Shown piece by piece: positions 36,200 to 45,416 of a DNA stretch of 64,000 nt. The notes under the pieces are model-generated. The model was not told where the DNA came from, searched no databases, and saw only the letters and a list, made by a program, of their open reading frames with translations. Where the stretch lies: the IMG/VR virus record IMGVR_UViG_3300037501_000212. One strand, given 5' to 3'. Source of the stretch: a virus. A program made the translations under genes and the position numbers. Numbering within the stretch: the first letter of the stretch is position 1; each line of letters opens with the position of its first letter.

Positions 36200-39103
36200 A
36201 TGAAAGTAGAGAAGATGCTCCAAAGAGAGATATCCACACTTCCGATGGATGTCCGCTCCCGCACGGACTGTGAGAATGTGGCTGTCTTGTTGCAATTTGC
36301 TGATGGAACTTACCACCATATATTGCCATCCCACGCTGTATCAAAAGCAATCATTGAAGCCTGCGCAGAGCACATTGGTGCAGCTGATATCATCATCAAA
36401 GCTGAGAATGCAGCCTGCAAGCACCATGATGATTTTGCCAAAACTGTTGCCACACATGTTGCTGCGGACGAGTTGCCAGATGCTGTGATCTTCAAGAACA
36501 GACAAGCAATTGGTGACATTCTCTGCATGACTGGTGCTGTGCGTGACTTCAAGAATGCTTATCCAAATGTGCGCGTCAATGTCATCACCACAGCAATGCA
36601 TATTTGGGATCACAATCCAGCCCTTGACAGATCGCTGAACGACCATTCGAAAATTCTTGAAGTTGGCCCAGGCTTTGGCACAAATCGTAGCAATGCTTGG
36701 AACATAAATCTGATTGATGCTTTTCGGATGGACTTCGAGAACAAGCTGAAGGTCAGGATAGAAAAAGGTCCTGTCAGGCCTGACATTTGGATGACAAAGG
36801 AAGAATACGAAAGGCCACCTATCATCGAAGGTCCGTATTGGATCATCATCAATGGCGGAGAACCTGGTTGGCCATCAAAGCAGTATCCATACTGGCAGGA
36901 AGTTGTTGATCAGCTGTCTGGAAAGATCAAGTTTGTGCAGCTTGGTCTAAAAGGACATCCTTGGCCTTTGCTTGATGGTGTTGTCAACATGGTTGGAAAG
37001 ACCGAGGATCGCAACACTGGCATACGAGACATGTTCAACTTGTTTTTGCATGCACAAGGCTCCATCGGTCTTGTCTCGATGCACATGCATCTCTCGGCTG
37101 CATTCGGGAATCCATGTGTTGTTGTTGCTGGCGCTAGGGAGCCTGCATGGTTCACCCAGTACTTCGGCCACCAATATCTGCAGACAAACGGAACCTTGCG
37201 CTGTGGGCTGCACACTGCTTGCTGGAAGTGCAAGATAGAAGGTTGCCAATACCATGCAGAGGCTCCTCGCAAACAGATCAAGGGCAAGGATGGCAACCTT
37301 CTGCCAGTGCCAAAGTGTGTTGACATAATCAGTCCTGATGAAGTTGTTGATGCTGTGCTGAAGTACTACCAGGGTGGCAGGTTGGAGTTTGGCAAAAAGG
37401 TTCCGAACAAATTCTTCTCGAACATTGCCAAAGCTCCTTCTACTGTTGTTTCTGTTCCTAGAGCAGCAGAGGCTTCCAAGGAAGACAATGACTTTGTAAC
37501 CAGTGCTGGATTCACTTGGGGTGGTGGATCATTGACCGACAGAGACTGGGTCTTCATCAAAGGGCTGTTGAAGGCTTACGATGTCAAGACTGTGTTGGAG
37601 TTTGGTGCTGGCCTTAGCACGTTGCTTTTTCAGAGAGAGGTTGACAGGGTGATATCCTACGAGACTTCTCCAGGATGGATCAAGAAAATTAGCTCTTTGA
37701 TTGATCCCAATCGTGGCAGAGTGCTGCATTGGAATGGTGAGTACTTCAAGATGGTTGGGATGCAGTGCGACCTTGCCTTTGTGGATGGTCCATCTGGTGG
37801 GCAAAGCAGGGAGTTCTCAACAAAGATTTCATCAGAGCTTGCAGATCTTGTTGTCGTGCATGATGCAGGAAGAGGTCCAGAGAAAGAGTGGCAGCAGAAA
37901 TACTTGGCTGAAGAGTTTGATATGATCAGCAAGGGCGGCCATCGCTGCCATTTCTGGGTCAGAAAGGACAGTGCCAAGAATCCCCACAGAAACAAACCAA
38001 GCCAACTTGTGGCTGCTCCTTTGAGGATAGAAAATCCTGCTGCAAGAGCTCCTGATGTTGGTCTTGCAATGGATGCTGGCTGCGACCTTGAAGACGAAAG
38101 TGTTAAGACAGCCATCATGATTACTACCTGCAGAGGATATGGTGGCAGTGAGCGCAGCAGCATACAATTGATGCGGATGTTGCAAGAGCAAGGATATGAG
38201 GTGTATTTGTGTCCGACCGGAAACATCAGTGGCGAGTACAGAGCTAACATACCAGCTGGTGTCATTGTGATGAATTGGGAACAGCTGAAGGAAGCTGCTG
38301 TTGATCTGGTTGTTTTTTACACATCTGACACAATATGGGGATTCAAGGAGCAGCGCTATTGTGAGGTGATGCCTACCATACTTGCTGATCGCAAGGTGAT
38401 GGTGCTCAACTATCAGCTGGGTGGTGCAGGAATTGTTCCTTGGACAATCGGGTGGGATCTGTACATGTTTCTGAACACCACCAAGGAGAAGGAATTCTTG
38501 GCACTTGCTCCTGGCTCTAACACAAAGGTGCTTGCTCCTGCAACTGACTTGACCAAGTTCTTTGAAGTGGTGCCAGATTACAACAGCAACTTGCGCTTGA
38601 TAAGGCACAGCTCGCAAGGTGATGCCAAACACCCAGACTACACAAACGACATGATCCTTGACATACTTGGGATCTATCCTGGCACCGAGTTCTACTTCAT
38701 GCCGGCTCGGTCAGACTGCATGGAACATCCTGCAGTCCATCGCCACCGCAAGAATGTGCCACCAGTGTACGAGTTTCTTTCTCTTGGCAACTGCTTCTTC
38801 TACCATTTGCCTCCAGGCTACCAGGATCAAGGGCCCAAGGTGATATGTGAGGCAATGGCAGCTGGTCTTCCGGTGATTGCAGACAATAGATATGGTGCAA
38901 AAGACAGAGTCACACCAGACACTGGCTGGCTTATAAACTCTCCTGATGAAATACCTGCAATCATCCGTGAAATAAAGGACAATCCTGGCTTGCTTGAGAA
39001 GAAGGGCAAGGCTGCTCGTGAAAGAGCCAAGCAGTTATTTGTTATGGAACGCTGGATTGATGCAATCGTTGGAGAAGAGGTCAATGCGCAGCAGCTATCA
39101 TGA
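36200..39103 (+). CDS. three-domain enzyme: GT9 heptosyltransferase-like + class-I methyltransferase-like + GT4 glycosyltransferase
   Basis: Start at MKVEK with an AAAGAGGAG RBS. About 36480-37370: GT9-like (IGDILCMTGAVRDFKNAYPNVRVNVI; WPSKQYPYWQEVVDQLSGKIKFVQLG; IGLVSMHMHLSAAFGNPCVVVAG; CWKCKIEGC). About 37500-37960: VLEFGAGLST...DLAFVDGP. About 38100-39100: GGSERS...KVICEAMAAGLPVIA (GT-B/GT4). Confidence 0.75.
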   Translation: MKVEKMLQREISTLPMDVRSRTDCENVAVLLQFADGTYHHILPSHAVSKAIIEACAEHIGAADIIIKAENAACKHHDDFAKTVATHVAADELPDAVIFKNRQAIGDILCMTGAVRDFKNAYPNVRVNVITTAMHIWDHNPALDRSLNDHSKILEVGPGFGTNRSNAWNINLIDAFRMDFENKLKVRIEKGPVRPDIWMTKEEYERPPIIEGPYWIIINGGEPGWPSKQYPYWQEVVDQLSGKIKFVQLGLKGHPWPLLDGVVNMVGKTEDRNTGIRDMFNLFLHAQGSIGLVSMHMHLSAAFGNPCVVVAGAREPAWFTQYFGHQYLQTNGTLRCGLHTACWKCKIEGCQYHAEAPRKQIKGKDGNLLPVPKCVDIISPDEVVDAVLKYYQGGRLEFGKKVPNKFFSNIAKAPSTVVSVPRAAEASKEDNDFVTSAGFTWGGGSLTDRDWVFIKGLLKAYDVKTVLEFGAGLSTLLFQREVDRVISYETSPGWIKKISSLIDPNRGRVLHWNGEYFKMVGMQCDLAFVDGPSGGQSREFSTKISSELADLVVVHDAGRGPEKEWQQKYLAEEFDMISKGGHRCHFWVRKDSAKNPHRNKPSQLVAAPLRIENPAARAPDVGLAMDAGCDLEDESVKTAIMITTCRGYGGSERSSIQLMRMLQEQGYEVYLCPTGNISGEYRANIPAGVIVMNWEQLKEAAVDLVVFYTSDTIWGFKEQRYCEVMPTILADRKVMVLNYQLGGAGIVPWTIGWDLYMFLNTTKEKEFLALAPGSNTKVLAPATDLTKFFEVVPDYNSNLRLIRHSSQGDAKHPDYTNDMILDILGIYPGTEFYFMPARSDCMEHPAVHRHRKNVPPVYEFLSLGNCFFYHLPPGYQDQGPKVICEAMAAGLPVIADNRYGAKDRVTPDTGWLINSPDEIPAIIREIKDNPGLLEKKGKAARERAKQLFVMERWIDAIVGEEVNAQQLS

Positions 39104-39677
39104 AAACAACTACGGAGCAGTGCTGCAGACTGCAGTTCGTACAACAGCTCCGAATGTCATTGTAGAGCTTGGTGTTCTGGATGGCTACAGCACTCTGCAT
39201 CTTGCGCGTGGTGCAAAGTGGCTTACGGAAAACAAGGGAATGTGCTCGCACCTATTCTCTTTCGACCTGTTTGATGATTACAAGTACAAGCATGGTGACA
39301 AGGAAAAGGTGCAAGCAATGCTTGAGCAGAAGAAGGTAGCCAACTTCGTAACTCTTGAGAAGGGCGATGCCTTCCATGTTCACAGCAAGTTTGGCGATGA
39401 CTCGGTTGGATTGCTGCACATTGACATCAGCAACGATGGCAATGTGGTGTGCGAGCTGCTGAAGCTGTGGTGCTCCAAGCTGAAGCAAACTGGTGGATGG
39501 GTTCTTCTTGAAGGAGGATCAAAGGAGAGGGATTGCATCCCATGGATGCAGAGGTACAGCAAACGCAAGATAGGCGAGGCTTTCTGTGAAGAGTTTGTCT
39601 TGAAAAACTTCACTCCTCCGATGGTTCTCCAAAAGTTCCCTTCCATGACAGTGCTTCAAAAAAGGAGCAAACCATGA
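39084..39677 (+). CDS. class I SAM-dependent methyltransferase
   Basis: VIVELGVLDGYSTLHLA (motif I) and LLHIDISND. Start ATG 39084 overlaps the previous gene by 20 nt. Confidence 0.65.
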   Translation: MRSSYHENNYGAVLQTAVRTTAPNVIVELGVLDGYSTLHLARGAKWLTENKGMCSHLFSFDLFDDYKYKHGDKEKVQAMLEQKKVANFVTLEKGDAFHVHSKFGDDSVGLLHIDISNDGNVVCELLKLWCSKLKQTGGWVLLEGGSKERDCIPWMQRYSKRKIGEAFCEEFVLKNFTPPMVLQKFPSMTVLQKRSKP

Positions 39678-40351
39678 CAATCAACGCTGGCAAGTTGGTA
39701 AAACTGTCTTACAAAAACATCACAGATGCAGTTGATTCATTTCATGAATTCTATGAGATGAACAAGTTGTGGGAGAAGACCACATGGCTTGGGCAGCAGA
39801 TGTGGAAGCTGCCATTTGATGCAATCGTGCTGCAGGAGATCATATATGCTACCAAGCCTGATCTTGTAATAGAGACAGGCACTGGCATGGGTGGCTCAGC
39901 GCTATTCTATGCAAGCATCTTGCACTTGCTTGACAATGGAATGGTGCTGACAATAGATGAGAAGCGCAAATTCCACAATTTTGGTGATACAACTGCAGCC
40001 AATCGCATCAACTTCATAGAAGGATCCAGCATTGCAGACAAAACGCTGGAGCATGTGAGACGCATTGCATCTGGCAGGCGCTGCATGGTTATACTTGACT
40101 CTTGGCACACCTTTGAACATGTGCAGAAGGAGCTGGAGGCTTACAAGGAGTTTGTCTCGCTCGGCTGCTACATGGTTGTGGAAGACACCCATGTCAATGG
40201 CCACCCAGTGCAATGGGAATGGGGTGCTGGTCCATACGAGGCTGTGCAGCATTTCATCGAGAAATATCCAGGAGTGTTTGTGGTTGACAAACAGAGGGAG
40301 CGCCACATGATGACATTCAACCCTTCTGGATATCTGAGGAGGATGATATGA
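39674..40351 (+). CDS. CmcI/cephalosporin-hydroxylase-family methyltransferase (sugar O-methyltransferase type)
   Basis: WLGQQMWKLPFDAIVLQEIIYATKPDLVIETGTGMGGSALFYA...ILDSWHTFEHV...VVEDTHVNGHPV follows the CmcI family pattern. Confidence 0.75.
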   Translation: MTINAGKLVKLSYKNITDAVDSFHEFYEMNKLWEKTTWLGQQMWKLPFDAIVLQEIIYATKPDLVIETGTGMGGSALFYASILHLLDNGMVLTIDEKRKFHNFGDTTAANRINFIEGSSIADKTLEHVRRIASGRRCMVILDSWHTFEHVQKELEAYKEFVSLGCYMVVEDTHVNGHPVQWEWGAGPYEAVQHFIEKYPGVFVVDKQRERHMMTFNPSGYLRRMI

Positions 40352-41445
40352 TACCGCTATTCAAAGTATTCATGGATGGAGCAGTTGACACTGCGCTTTC
40401 CAAAGTGCTTCACTCTGGCTACATTGGCCAGGGCGAGAAGGTTCGGCAGTTCGAGGCAGCGCTTGGCAAGCGATTTGGCAACTGCAATGTGCTGGCATTG
40501 AGTGCTGGCACCCATGGGTTGCACCTTGCATTACGGCTGGCTGGAGTGGGAAAAGGTGATGAAGTAGTCACGACGCCACTGACTTGCACTGCCACCAACT
40601 GGCCTATTCTGATGCAAGGTGCAACACCAATTTGGGCTGATGTAAAGGACGACTTCAATGTTGATCCTGAATCAGTCAGAACAGCTATAACAGATCGCAC
40701 CAAAGCTATCATCTGTGTGCATTGGGGTGGCTATCCATGCGACATGGCGGAGTTGACAAAGATTGCTTACGACAACAATCTGGTGCTGATTGAGGATGCA
40801 GCCCATGCCTATGGAAGCGACTACAAGGGCATTCCAATAGGCAGCATGCCAGGCACCGATTACACCATGATGAGCTTTCAAGCAATCAAGCATCTGACAA
40901 CAGTCGATGGTGGTGCTCTTTTCTGCAAGACCAAGGAGCAGTATGACAAGGCCAAGTTGCTGCGCTGGTATGGTATTGACAGAGAAGGACCACGCACTGA
41001 CTTCCGCTGCGAGCAGCCAATAGCAGATTGGGGATACAAGTACCACATGAATGATGTCTGTGCTACTATTGGTCTGCAAAACATGGCAGCAGCTGACAGA
41101 AACATAGAAAGATGCAGAGCCAATGCTGCTTTGTACGACAGAGAGCTTGCAGGTGTGCCTGGGTTGAAGATTACTCAAACAGCTGATGATCGCAAGAGCT
41201 CTTATTGGCTGTACACAATCATGGTCGAGAATCGTAGCGAGTTCTGCTACATGATGGGAAGCAGAGGCATAGCAGTCAGCAGAGTGCATGAAAGAAATGA
41301 CAAGCATCCTTGCACCTCTGACTTTTGCTGCTTCCTTCCTAAGCTCGAAGAAGTTGTAAGCAAGCAAATTTGCATACCAGTAGGCTGGTGGCTTGGTGAT
41401 GACCAAGTTGAGCACATCATAGAGTCAATCAAAGGAGGATGGTGA
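40348..41445 (+). CDS. DegT/DnrJ/EryC1/StrS-family PLP-dependent sugar aminotransferase
   Basis: GYIGQGEKVRQFEAALGKRFG, SAGTHGLHLALRLAGVGKGDEVVTTPLT, EDAAHAYGS, and the SFQAIKHLTTVDGG Lys motif. Confidence 0.85.
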   Translation: MIPLFKVFMDGAVDTALSKVLHSGYIGQGEKVRQFEAALGKRFGNCNVLALSAGTHGLHLALRLAGVGKGDEVVTTPLTCTATNWPILMQGATPIWADVKDDFNVDPESVRTAITDRTKAIICVHWGGYPCDMAELTKIAYDNNLVLIEDAAHAYGSDYKGIPIGSMPGTDYTMMSFQAIKHLTTVDGGALFCKTKEQYDKAKLLRWYGIDREGPRTDFRCEQPIADWGYKYHMNDVCATIGLQNMAAADRNIERCRANAALYDRELAGVPGLKITQTADDRKSSYWLYTIMVENRSEFCYMMGSRGIAVSRVHERNDKHPCTSDFCCFLPKLEEVVSKQICIPVGWWLGDDQVEHIIESIKGGW

Positions 41446-41930
41446 TGTTTTCAGCTTGGCGAAACAGGTTGCTGCTTGACTATGCACAGTGGATCATAGA
41501 CCACCCACTTACAAGAGAGATGGGTGCTCCAATTGATGGAGAAGGTCCAGTCTATTTTTCTGCAATTGATGATTCTGAGATAGAAATTTGCAAGGCTCTT
41601 TGGGAAGGCAATGACTACTTGCGCATTCCTCCACCCAGAAGGATTTGGAACAGCCAATTCTGCAATGACTTTGACAAGTGGCGCGATGCATTCTGGAGAA
41701 TGGCAAATGCATTGGCAGATGGGGTTGAAAGGATACACACAGAAGGCATTGACAAGTTCCACTTGCCAGTGTTTGGCAGAGGTATTCAGCTGGTGCTTGC
41801 TGCTCAAGCAGTGCAGCTCAAAAGCGTAACAGTGGGGTGCTACAAATTCCCGTACGCAGTTGAACAGTTTTTGGAATATGCCATTCGCAGGCCAGAAATA
41901 TCTTACATCAAGGAGGTGTTGGTATGGTAG
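41439..41930 (+). CDS. hypothetical protein
   Basis: 163-aa ORF overlapping both neighbours within the sugar island. Confidence 0.5.
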   Translation: MVMFSAWRNRLLLDYAQWIIDHPLTREMGAPIDGEGPVYFSAIDDSEIEICKALWEGNDYLRIPPPRRIWNSQFCNDFDKWRDAFWRMANALADGVERIHTEGIDKFHLPVFGRGIQLVLAAQAVQLKSVTVGCYKFPYAVEQFLEYAIRRPEISYIKEVLVW

Positions 41931-42577
41931 AGGAGAGGAAAGAGCATCCAGGATCCAGAGAGCTTTATGATCTGGTTGCAAACTGGCATCCTGGGCCATT
42001 GTTTTTCAGCAAGACCTTCGGGTGGGAGCGATGGGGCTTGCTTGGTGTGCTTGCAGATTTCTTCTTGCACTACACACCTGGATGCATCATAGAGATTGGT
42101 GCATGCGAGACGTCCATATTCTTCTCTGCACTGGCTGAGAAACATGGTCGTAACGTTTACCACTGCGACATACAACAGTCAATCATCGAGAACTGCAAGA
42201 CCGTGCCAGGTTACTTTGGCAAGAACTCAAGAACCTTTGTGATGCCATCAGATGAGTTCTTTGCTTGGTACAGAAAGGAAATGCCGGAAAGAGCAGCATT
42301 GGTATTTATTGATGGCGATCACATGTACGATCAGGTTCGCAAGGACTTCATCAATGCACTTGCTGTGCTGGATGAGGAAGGTGGTTACATATTCTTGCAC
42401 GACACAGCTCCGCCAGATGCTGAATGGATAGGTCCTACTCGCTGTGGCACCGTCTACAAACTGCGCAGGGAGATAGAGCAAAGCGGAAACTTCGACATCT
42501 TCACATTCAGGAACTCTGCTTGGGGTGTTGGGCTTAGCATTGTTCGCTTGCGTGTGAATGGATACGATGGTGACTGA
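41924..42577 (+). CDS. class I SAM-dependent methyltransferase (Methyltransf_24-like)
   Basis: CIIEIGACETSIFFSALA, LVFIDGDHMYDQVRKDF, GGYIFLHDT. Confidence 0.65.
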   Translation: MVEERKEHPGSRELYDLVANWHPGPLFFSKTFGWERWGLLGVLADFFLHYTPGCIIEIGACETSIFFSALAEKHGRNVYHCDIQQSIIENCKTVPGYFGKNSRTFVMPSDEFFAWYRKEMPERAALVFIDGDHMYDQVRKDFINALAVLDEEGGYIFLHDTAPPDAEWIGPTRCGTVYKLRREIEQSGNFDIFTFRNSAWGVGLSIVRLRVNGYDGD

Positions 42578-43581
42578 TGGCAACTAACTTCCTACCAAAC
42601 TGGGTCCACAACAGGAAGCCATTCGAGTCTAAGATTGCAATACTTGTGACTGGATGGCCTGGCCACATCAAGTGGATGAAGTACACTCTAAGCAGCTACG
42701 TTGCAACTGGCGCATTTGTTCTTCTGGCTTACGACAGCCACATCAAATTTGACGATTACAAAATAAGCGTAGCTGATCACTTTCCACCGATAGATGTGTT
42801 TGTCTTGCCTCATGCTGTTGTTTTGAAACACGCCACCTGGGACGCGGACAAGCGCAATGGCTGGCTTTGGAACTTCATATATGGAGCACAACAGCTCTTA
42901 GGCTTCGGTTTCGAGCATATTCTGACGATCAACAGCGACTGCGCAATTGACAAGCCTGAAGGGATTCACCAGCTGATTGAGTTGCTTGGCTCTGCAGACA
43001 TGATGTCCCAGTCGGTTGAGTATAATGACGCCGAGCAAAAGGATCCCAAGAGTATACACACTTGCAGCATGCTGTTTCGACGCTCGGCATTGGACTCAGT
43101 GTGTTCCTACTTCAAAAAGGAGATGAGCCATGCCGGACCAGAATCGTACAGTCCAGAGCTGCTGCTGCTTGAGGCACTCAAAGAGCTTGGGCTCAAGTTG
43201 CAGCCAACACCCAAAGTGCCTTTGTTCCCAAAAGGACACCCATTCGAAGGAGCAGTTGACCACTACCAGTCCTACAATGAGGATTCGACATGGAAGGAGG
43301 TCATCGGATTCCGTAACTTGTGTGCTGAGAACGATACCGCAGGCATAGAGAGACTGCCACCATTGCCAGGCAAGTATTTTGATCTGCGAGATGGTGGCAG
43401 GCTGCTGCCAGGGTATGAGAGGGAGAGCTTATACCACTACTACTTGTCCGGAGGGGATCTCCGCTATCTCTGGATGTTTTGGGACAAGGATGAAGACTCA
43501 TGGTACGACAGGAGAAACTACTCCGTAGACCATTACGGCTCCCAGCCAGTCTACAATACAAAGGGGGACACCATCGTATGA
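42577..43581 (+). CDS. hypothetical protein, paralogue A (candidate GT-A-like transferase)
   Basis: 334 aa. Clearly related to the next ORF (ILVTGWPGH/VLLTSHPGN; LLAYDSH/VLAYDNY; NSDCAIDKPEG/NGDCVLEKPEN; GFRNL/GFRHI). Confidence 0.55.
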   Translation: MATNFLPNWVHNRKPFESKIAILVTGWPGHIKWMKYTLSSYVATGAFVLLAYDSHIKFDDYKISVADHFPPIDVFVLPHAVVLKHATWDADKRNGWLWNFIYGAQQLLGFGFEHILTINSDCAIDKPEGIHQLIELLGSADMMSQSVEYNDAEQKDPKSIHTCSMLFRRSALDSVCSYFKKEMSHAGPESYSPELLLLEALKELGLKLQPTPKVPLFPKGHPFEGAVDHYQSYNEDSTWKEVIGFRNLCAENDTAGIERLPPLPGKYFDLRDGGRLLPGYERESLYHYYLSGGDLRYLWMFWDKDEDSWYDRRNYSVDHYGSQPVYNTKGDTIV

Positions 43582-44510
43582 CTGTAACATTGCAGCAACT
43601 GATTGATGACCCGAACACAAGCGATAAGGACAGGGAAGACTACAAGGTTGTCCTTGATCGCTACAAGGCCTGTGATGTTTGGGCCAACAAGATTCATGGC
43701 AAGGTTGGTGTGCTTTTAACATCACACCCTGGCAATCGTGCCTTTTTGAAGGCTTCTGCAGAAAGCCACAAGCAGCTTGGATTCTGGATGGTGCTGGCTT
43801 ACGACAACTATCTTGATCCATCAAGGCCTGACCTGGAATGGAATCACATCATGCCGTATCGAGATGTTACGGACATGTTCAACACCATTCTGGTTGGTCC
43901 ACACCAAACCTGGGGTGGTGTGCTGTATCCATATTTCTGGCTGCTGAGAATTGGTGTTGAAGCTCTGAATTGTTTTGATTACATATACTGTGCAAATGGA
44001 GACTGTGTTCTGGAAAAGCCTGAGAACTTCCCAGCTCTTATGGACATGCTTGGTGATGGAGACATCATGGGGTGTGGTTGGGAAGACAATGGCAGTCGTC
44101 CGATCTTCAACACCACTGGCTTCATCGCAAAGTCCAAAGCAGCCAGTGCTATAATGAAGCACTTCCAGGATCATCTGATTCCACTGGCTGCTTATGAAGA
44201 GTCAGCTCCAACCTTCGGCAACACAGAAGGTCGCTTTGCCAGAGCCATCTTGGACCTTGGGTTGAAGGTGGTAAAGGTTCCTACCAACCCAAACGACACT
44301 CAGTTGTCAAGATCAAGTGGCACTTGGTACGAGAAGGTTGGCTTCCGCCATATCCATGGCGAGTACAACAAGGCATACAGATACAAGCTTGTGCCACCTG
44401 AGACAAAATACCTTGACAGCAGGTACTTCAACAAAGCTGAGCTTGATCTGTTGGATAAATATCACGAGACAAAAGACCAAAAGGTGCTTGAGGAATGGTG
44501 GGCGAAATAA
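43578..44510 (+). CDS. hypothetical protein, paralogue B (candidate GT-A-like transferase)
   Basis: 310 aa from MTVTLQQL, with an ATGA overlap. Tandem paralogue of 42577-43581. Confidence 0.55.
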   Translation: MTVTLQQLIDDPNTSDKDREDYKVVLDRYKACDVWANKIHGKVGVLLTSHPGNRAFLKASAESHKQLGFWMVLAYDNYLDPSRPDLEWNHIMPYRDVTDMFNTILVGPHQTWGGVLYPYFWLLRIGVEALNCFDYIYCANGDCVLEKPENFPALMDMLGDGDIMGCGWEDNGSRPIFNTTGFIAKSKAASAIMKHFQDHLIPLAAYEESAPTFGNTEGRFARAILDLGLKVVKVPTNPNDTQLSRSSGTWYEKVGFRHIHGEYNKAYRYKLVPPETKYLDSRYFNKAELDLLDKYHETKDQKVLEEWWAK

Positions 44511-44989
44511 CAAGAGTGCAGGAGCTTAGGCAGCTTCTGCTTACTATATTGGAAACAGCCTTCCAGGAGAATGGTGATGTTGTCGCCAAGCAGCAGCTTG
44601 GTGTCAGTGTCTCAAATGCCATAAAGAAGGATGGTGGTGTTCTTGTCATACAGAACCAGAATGTTGAGGTGTATGCAAGGATAGTGCCGTCAATGGTAAA
44701 GGCCATACGCATCTGTGACATGATTGATGAGCAACCAATCAAGCTGCTGCCAACACCAATGTCAGAGCCAACTGTTGTTGATTCTGTAGCTGGCGACCCT
44801 GTGGATGATTGCTGCAAATATTTGCTAAGCAAAGGCACCAAATGGGAGGATATGCAAGAAATAGTGAAGTCAAGATATCTTAAGCATGTTGTAGAAATGG
44901 CTGGCAAGAAATCAGAAGCTGCTAAATGGCTTGGGATTGGCCCAACATACATTTGCAAGCTGCTAAAACAACACAATGGAGGAAGCTAA
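44495..44989 (+). CDS. protein with a C-terminal Fis-type HTH (HTH_8)
   Basis: The C-terminus RYLKHVVEMAGKKSEAAKWLGIGPTYICKLLKQH matches the Fis/NtrC-type HTH pattern. Confidence 0.5.
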   Translation: MVGEITRVQELRQLLLTILETAFQENGDVVAKQQLGVSVSNAIKKDGGVLVIQNQNVEVYARIVPSMVKAIRICDMIDEQPIKLLPTPMSEPTVVDSVAGDPVDDCCKYLLSKGTKWEDMQEIVKSRYLKHVVEMAGKKSEAAKWLGIGPTYICKLLKQHNGGS

Positions 44990-44990
44990 A

Positions 44991-45416
44991 ATGAAACCGA
45001 GAACCATCATGCTGCTGCTTTTCGTCTTCACAATTGGAGTCCTGTTCACTACGGTCCCTACTTTTGCTCAGCAGGCAAGTGGAGTCAAAATCATGTGGAA
45101 CCAGCCAGCCGCTGAGCTACCTTTTGTCAAGGAGTGGATCGTCTACGAAGGCAACGCAGCCAATCCTACGACCGAGCTGGCAAGGTTGCAAAACACAGGT
45201 GGCCCATTGACAACCAATGTTCCAATCAATGTTAGTGGAGCTCCTGGCACAAAGGTGCAGAAGTACTATTCTGTGTCTGCAGTTGGCATGAATGGCAAGG
45301 AGACAGCCAAGACACCTGGCACTACATCTGGTGGAATCTCGTACTTGGAATTTACGATTCCCTATCCGGACGTGACTGCTCCGCAGTCAGTCATCTTTGA
45401 GATTGTGTTCAAATGA
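44991..45416 (+). CDS. secreted/exported protein, FN3-like
   Basis: Signal-peptide-like MKPRTIMLLLFVFTIGVLFTTVPTFAQQ. The body (IMWNQP...EWIVYEG...YYSVSAVG) resembles a fibronectin-III-like beta-sandwich. Confidence 0.5.
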   Translation: MKPRTIMLLLFVFTIGVLFTTVPTFAQQASGVKIMWNQPAAELPFVKEWIVYEGNAANPTTELARLQNTGGPLTTNVPINVSGAPGTKVQKYYSVSAVGMNGKETAKTPGTTSGGISYLEFTIPYPDVTAPQSVIFEIVFK

